A stretch of 64,000 nucleotides of DNA from the human T2T-CHM13v2.0 reference genome, Homo sapiens, in the NCBI RefSeq assembly GCF_009914755.1, contig NC_060925.1, one strand, 5' to 3'. The notes under the pieces were generated by a model. The model ran no database searches, was not told the origin of the DNA, and was given only the letters and a program-made list of their open reading frames with translations. This document shows, one piece after another, positions 24,224 through 64,000 of the stretch (its first letter is position 1; each line of letters begins with the position of its first letter). The position numbers and the translations under genes were made by a program.

Positions 24224-25009
24224 TCACACTAGCTTATAACTGGAGGTAACTGAGTTCATACTTAGCAGCCATAGTTCCCACACACCTATGTTAAGGCATT
24301 TCTTCTGATCCCTCAAGCAACACCAAGGAAGGTGGACCTGCGAGAGAGGAGTCATCCTCTTTCTCTCTGCCCTCTCCTTTGATCAACTTTTATCATTTCA
24401 TTTGCACCTCAGAAAATGAGTCAAAATCCAGCTTGGGCTTAGGGCCAGAGAAGAGCCCTTGAGGCCTCCCTCATGGAAAACATACTCTCTCAGTTTACCA
24501 GAGTTTCCTGTACCAAGGGGAAATTTCCGCAAACCGTAGTGCTATATTCTTTTTGCCTTCCCTCTTTTCCCTTTGCCCAGGGAGGCCAGATGATTGTGAG
24601 AACAGGACTTGGGACTTCCTGGGTGCCTTTCCCCCTTCCTCCATGTGATAAATAATGGCTGACACCAAGCAAGTGGGATTGGGAGGCAGGGAATCTTTCA
24701 TTTCCTTCTTCATATACTTCTATGCATTTGTTTGGTTGGTTTTGGCAAGATTTTCTCACCAGAAATGGAGATTTGTTGGATTTAAAATAAAAAGTAATCA
24801 GCCATGTTTTACATTTCTATAAAACACTCAAACCAGGCCATACTCCCCTGCTGTGCCTCAAAATCAACCATAAACTGTCGAGGTCAGGAGACAGGGCCCT
24901 GACACTTAAGCACAGTGTGTTTCCTCAGAATTGGCCAAGTTGATGCCACTCCAATTTCTCAATATACCACAACCCATTAATTGCGGTTTTTAAAAGTGTA
25001 CATGTATTT

Positions 25010-25370
25010 TTACCAAAACCCCAGGGCTTCAGTGTTCTCAGCACACAGAAAGACAATCATTGAGACATTGAGTATTGCTGAGGAAGAAGGCTTTAATTGG
25101 GTGCTGCAGCTGAGTAGACGGGAGATGAGTCTCAAATCTGTCTCTCTGATTGACTCAAGTTAGGGGTTTATATAGCACAGAAGAAACGTAACTGTGTGTG
25201 GGAAGAGAGGAACTAGGGAGGGGTGAGGAAGCACTCGTGATGAGTGAGGGGACTGGCATCTCATTGTCTGGATGCTGTGATTGGCTGAGTTTCAGGTCTC
25301 TGATGCTTTTTGAGAGGACTGAGAGTCCTTTCCTGAGGAAGGAACTCAGATAAAACAAATATAATTTTCT
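25010..25370 (-). mobile_element. Probable ERV1-type LTR fragment
   Basis: AGAAGGCTTTAATT..GGGGTTTATATAG pattern typical of a reversed LTR polyA/TATA region; family not resolved. Confidence 0.4.
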
Positions 25371-25377
25371 TTTATAG

Positions 25378-25457
25378 AATGGCTTGACCTCAGGAGTTTG
25401 AAACCAGTCTGGGCAATATGGTGAAACCCTGTCTCTACCAAAATACAAAAAAAAAAA
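25378..25457 (+). mobile_element. Alu left-arm fragment ending at the central A-rich linker
   Basis: CAGGAGTTTGAAACCAGTCTGGGCAATATGGTGAAACCCTGTCTCTACCAAAATACAAAAA. Confidence 0.85.
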
Positions 25458-34150
<8,693 letters not shown>

Positions 34151-34164
34151 TTTTTTTTAAAAAG

Positions 34165-35580
34165 ATTATTTCTTTGAATAAGTGTTCTACTCTTTGCTCC
34201 TTCTCAACTCCCTCTTTAAGGCCAATGAATCTTTGATTTTCTCTTTTCAGGCCCTCTTCTAGATCTCTTAAGCATTCTGTGTTCCTGCTCATTCTTCTTT
34301 TCTTTTTTCTCCTCTATTTTCAAATAGCTTGTTTGCATGCTCACTAATTCTTTCTTCTGCTTGATCAATTCTACTGAGACCCACTAATGCATTTTCCAGC
34401 TCCAGCATTTGATTTTTTTCTCTTACTTCAGTAATCTTGTTAAATTTCTGATATATTTCTGAATTGTTTCTCTGTGTTTTCTTGAAGTTCATTGAGCTTT
34501 CTCAAAATAGCTATTCTGAATTCCCTGAGAGTTACACGTCTCCATCTCTCCAGGGTTGGTCACTGAGTGCCTTACTTGGTCCATTTGTTGAGGTCATATT
34601 GGCTTCAATGTTATTGATACTGTTGATGTTTGTCAGTATCTGGGCATTGAAGGATAAGGTATTTATTCCAGCCTTTGCAGTCAGGTCTTGTTTGTACCTG
34701 TCCTTCAGAGGACCTTCCAGGAATTCAAAGTGGGCTGACGAGTTCCCTAAGCCAGTGATCACTGCAGCCATTTTTGTACTACAGGGCACCCTAGGCCCAG
34801 GTACACTGCAATTCTTACCGATTCCTAGGTCCCCAGCCCTGTGGACTTGGGGGAAGATCAGGGATTGTTCTCCGCATTCCCAGGTAAAGCCCCTAGCTTA
34901 CTTCCCTTTCTTTCCCCCAAGCAAGAGGAACCTCTCTTCAGGCTGCACTGCCTGGAGTGTGGGGAGGGGTGATACAGGCATTCCCATAGCTGCTGCAGCT
35001 GCTGCCATCATACTGGCTCACACCACAAGTCCAGGGTGCTCCAGACCTATGCAGCATCAGGGCTTGCCCAAGGACTGTGGTCACTACAGCCTGCCTGCCA
35101 CTGAAATTTATTTGAAGCCCAAGAAATTTCCAGTGATAAAGCCGGCCAGAACTTTGCTGGGTTCTTCCTGCTGGGGCAGCTGGTTCCCTTGTGGCCCAGG
35201 GTGGGTCTAAATGCTTCTTCTGTGGGCACCAGCCTGGAATCAAGTGCTGTGGGGTTCTGCCCAGTGCCGTGTGTCACTATGGCAAGACTGGTACTAAGTT
35301 TCAATATAAAGTCTCACACTTTCCCCCTTGTCCCCAAGCCATTAGATTCTCTCTCAGAGAATTTCCTATGGTTGGGGGAGAGGTGTCATAGGCAATGCAA
35401 GACTGTCCTTCCTCCCTTCTTCAATGCATCTTTTCTTGTTAGCATGTTAAAAGCGGGTGCTATGATCTCTCACCTGGCTAGCCCTTGTGAAAGTGTTTTC
35501 TTACATAGATAGTTGTTTAATTTGATGTTCCTTCAGAGAGACCATTGCCGGAGAATTCTATTCTACCATCGTACTCCACC
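34165..35580 (-). mobile_element. Old L1 (L1M/L1PB-type) 5' region and ORF1 fragment
   Basis: Minus translation SRIDQAEERISE and ENQRFIGLKEG are ORF1-like; 3'-truncated at 34165. Confidence 0.7.
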
Positions 35581-35809
35581 TTCTACCTGTTTTTATTTTT
35601 TAAATGTTTCTAGTACATAATTGTGAAGTGATAGCTTATTTTAATCTTGGGAATCAAAAGCATGTAGCTAAGAACTTTTCCCAAGGAATATTTCAAAATT
35701 TTTATATCAATGTTTATGGAATGACATACTTTTTGATTCAAGGTTCTTAAATGTAGTTTTAGTTTTGATTCAATGTTATAGAACACTGTTTTTTTAAACT
35801 GTGATCTGA

Positions 35810-35965
35810 AGCCCACATGTAATGGAATCACCTGGGGTGCTTATATTAAAAAAATGCAGATTCTAGGGCTCACACCAACTAAATCTCCTGGGATTGGAGA
35901 CCAGGAGGTAGCTCCTATAATCTCCACAGCTGCTTCTCAGGCACACCAAGTTTAAGAACCATTCT
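35810..35965. mobile_element. MER5-like hAT DNA transposon relic
   Basis: GGAATCACCTGGGG...AAAATGCAGATTC...AAGTTTAAGAACCA. Confidence 0.6.
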
Positions 35966-36157
35966 TTCATATTTTCAGACTGGGGATTCTTACAAAATGA
36001 CAAAGAAGGAAAACCTTAATCTTTTAAAGTTAGAGTTCAAGCATTAGACTATATGCTTCTTAAACACAGTTTGTCTTTCCCATTTTCTCTTTCCAGTTCT
36101 TTATACTGTCAAGGGATTGGTGCAGAAATGGGAAACAAAGCAGTGAAAGAAAAACTA

Positions 36158-36163
36158 TTTATT
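36158..36163 (-). terminator. Probable polyadenylation signal of the PDE4DIP-type transcript
   Basis: TTTATT on + (AATAAA on -) ~1 kb downstream of the stop. Confidence 0.6.
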
Positions 36164-37174
36164 TCTTTATACACATCTTGCTTAAACAATCACCAAAAAG
36201 ACTTTCATTTTCTGTCACCCACCCTGTCCACCAGTTATGTTGGCCTTCAATATGTGGCGTTAGCAACATATATAAATCTATATCATATATTTATACACAC
36301 AAACACATTCTACCAGCACTGTGAAGACACAGACTAGGCTTTACTAGGCTTGGGGCCTCTCCCATGCCACTTAAAAATGAGCACAGGTTTGCTCTATGCA
36401 AGAATTTCAACAGAGTTGGTCTGGCCATCAGTCTGCAATTTCCCCGAGATAAGATAGGGTGACAAAATGGGACAGCAACTTTGAAGTGAGGTCAGTCCAA
36501 TTTGGATATCATAGAAGAAAAGAAATAGGATGTGCTAGGTTAAGCCTGAGATGGTATCTGGGAAATCACCACATTCATGATGTGAACTCAAAGAACACAG
36601 GTGCTACAGTGCAGACCAAAGCCCAGCCTGACTCGACCCAACAGGGTCAGGTGTGGATCTGTGAGTAGTGCTCACTGAGCCCCCGCCAGCAGTGTCCGGC
36701 AGGGCACCGCTGCTCCGTAGTGTGCTTTTAGAACCTGCCAGAGGAGCTCCAGCATTGGGACCACGTGCCCCTTTCATCGGAATCAGGGTCCTATATCCAC
36801 TGAGTTTTCCATCTCAGGACAGCTGATGAGGCAAGAAATGTGCTCTTGCTAGTTCCCAAGCTGCTGGGGCTGTTGAGAGGCAGTATCACAAAACCTTCTG
36901 TGCAAACTACGCATCTTTTGCTTAGTGCTGGGCCAAGTGGACCTTGGCTAACGGTATTCCATAGCTGTCACAAAGGCTTTCTGCCTTTCTCCCAGCTCCA
37001 CCAGGATACATCTCTGACTCCCTCTTCTGGACCCTCCAGTGGACTTGGAGGAATGAGGCCCAGATGCTCCTCAGCAGATAGGTAGCTGCACAAAATGGGG
37101 ACAGGCTCACCTTTCCTGCTGTTTTAAGGACTTCTGGTGGCTGCGCTTCTTGCATGGTTCCTGGAAGGCAAGGG

Positions 37175-62304
<25,130 letters not shown>

Positions 62305-62503
62305 CTAATGCAGGACAGAAGAGGAAAGAGTAAGTATGGAAAGAGTGGAAGCTAACTTATGGAGTTATGGGGGCTTCTGTAGAGATTTCTATGAGAACGT
62401 CTCTAAGGAACTCCCCCAAGCTAAATTCTGGCACATAAGCCATAGGAGGTATTTAAGAGTAAATTCTACCCTGATAAAGTATTGCATTAAAAAACTTAGT
62501 ACG

Positions 62504-62793
<290 letters not shown>

Positions 62794-63124
62794 TTTAGTA
62801 TGTCACTGTTCTTCAACTGTTATACATGTGTTAATTATATGTCCCTAGATAAATCATAAGGTCTGTGAGAATAAACATAGTTCTGCATTTTACATCCCTT
62901 ACAGCACCAGTATCACATAGATTCACAGCAGTTACTCAATGAATAATTAGCATCATTTCATCCTAAGTCTGGATAGAACCTTTCATGCCTTCTGTTTTAA
63001 CCACCACCTGATGCCTGAATTTCTTCTATGTTATGATACTGTGGCTGACTATATTTTGCAATGATGGCCATCACATAAACACTCATACCATCAACTGATG
63101 GGACCCAAAACAAGAGACCCTAAG

Positions 63125-63240
63125 TGAGAACCACCCAGCTGAGACCAGTCAAACCATAGAACCATGAAGCATAATAAAGTGTTGTTTGAAGTCACTAAGT
63201 TTTAGAGTGGTTATTACTTAGCAATAGATAACCAGGACAC
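63125..63240 (+). mobile_element. MLT1 (MaLR) LTR 3' fragment
   Basis: CACCCAGCTGAG..AATAAA..TGTTT..CACTAAGTTTT..GCAATAGATAAC. Confidence 0.6.
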
Positions 63241-63318
63241 ACCAAGATGAATGTCTGTGTTTTCAACACTAAGTATCAATAACACTTATAACTATGGCAA
63301 ATAGCATTGAGAGCTTAA

Positions 63319-63729
<411 letters not shown>

Positions 63730-64000
63730 TAAGGACAAAGGCTCAGAAAGGTTAAGAAGGTTGCATGGGTAGTAAGCACCAGAGGTAGGTAGTCTGATTC
63801 CAGTATTACTACTATACTATACCATCTTTACTAATATATCCCTAAGAGGAAATCCCTGAGACCCGGTATCTCCCAGATACTGGAACATCATCCTATGCCC
63901 TCCTGGTTGCCTACCTGTCTTTTCTGCAGACCTGTATCTACCATTTAAATCAGTGTCCCTTTGAATACCCAGACATGTTCTTTCTTCCAACTGCCTGAGC

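Noticed and set aside
34464-35210. 248-aa + strand ORF
   Set aside because: Antisense to an old L1 5' region; no recognisable domain or splice context.

Overview
Human (hominid) chromosome 1 segmental-duplication DNA, not a prokaryotic window. The + strand (671-~15140) holds the last 12 exons of an NBPF gene, with six Olduvai/DUF1220 domains (CON1, CON2, one HLS1-HLS2-HLS3 triplet, CON3) in one open spliced frame. The - strand (62304-~36140) holds the last 17 coding exons of a myomegalin (PDE4DIP) gene copy, also in one open frame (~874 aa), including its ancestral Olduvai exon pair and C-terminal CM2 motif. The two genes converge across ~21 kb containing a degenerate tRNA-Asn, a tRNA-Gln(CTG)-like gene, Alus, LTR fragments and a nested L1 stack. 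Substitutions relative to the canonical myomegalin I recall (including TGA at the W2351-equivalent codon of the alternative C-terminus) suggest the 1p paralog pair NBPF8/PDE4DIPP2 rather than NBPF9/PDE4DIP; this needs an alignment to confirm. I see no wholly new biological system. The most interesting signals are a likely L1-mediated duplicon junction, a tail-less TSD-flanked L1 with a nested L1 carrying a micro 3' transduction, an NBPF C-terminus derived from intron sequence, a nonsense change that also creates a splice donor, and a perfectly purine/pyrimidine-alternating 28-bp VNTR.
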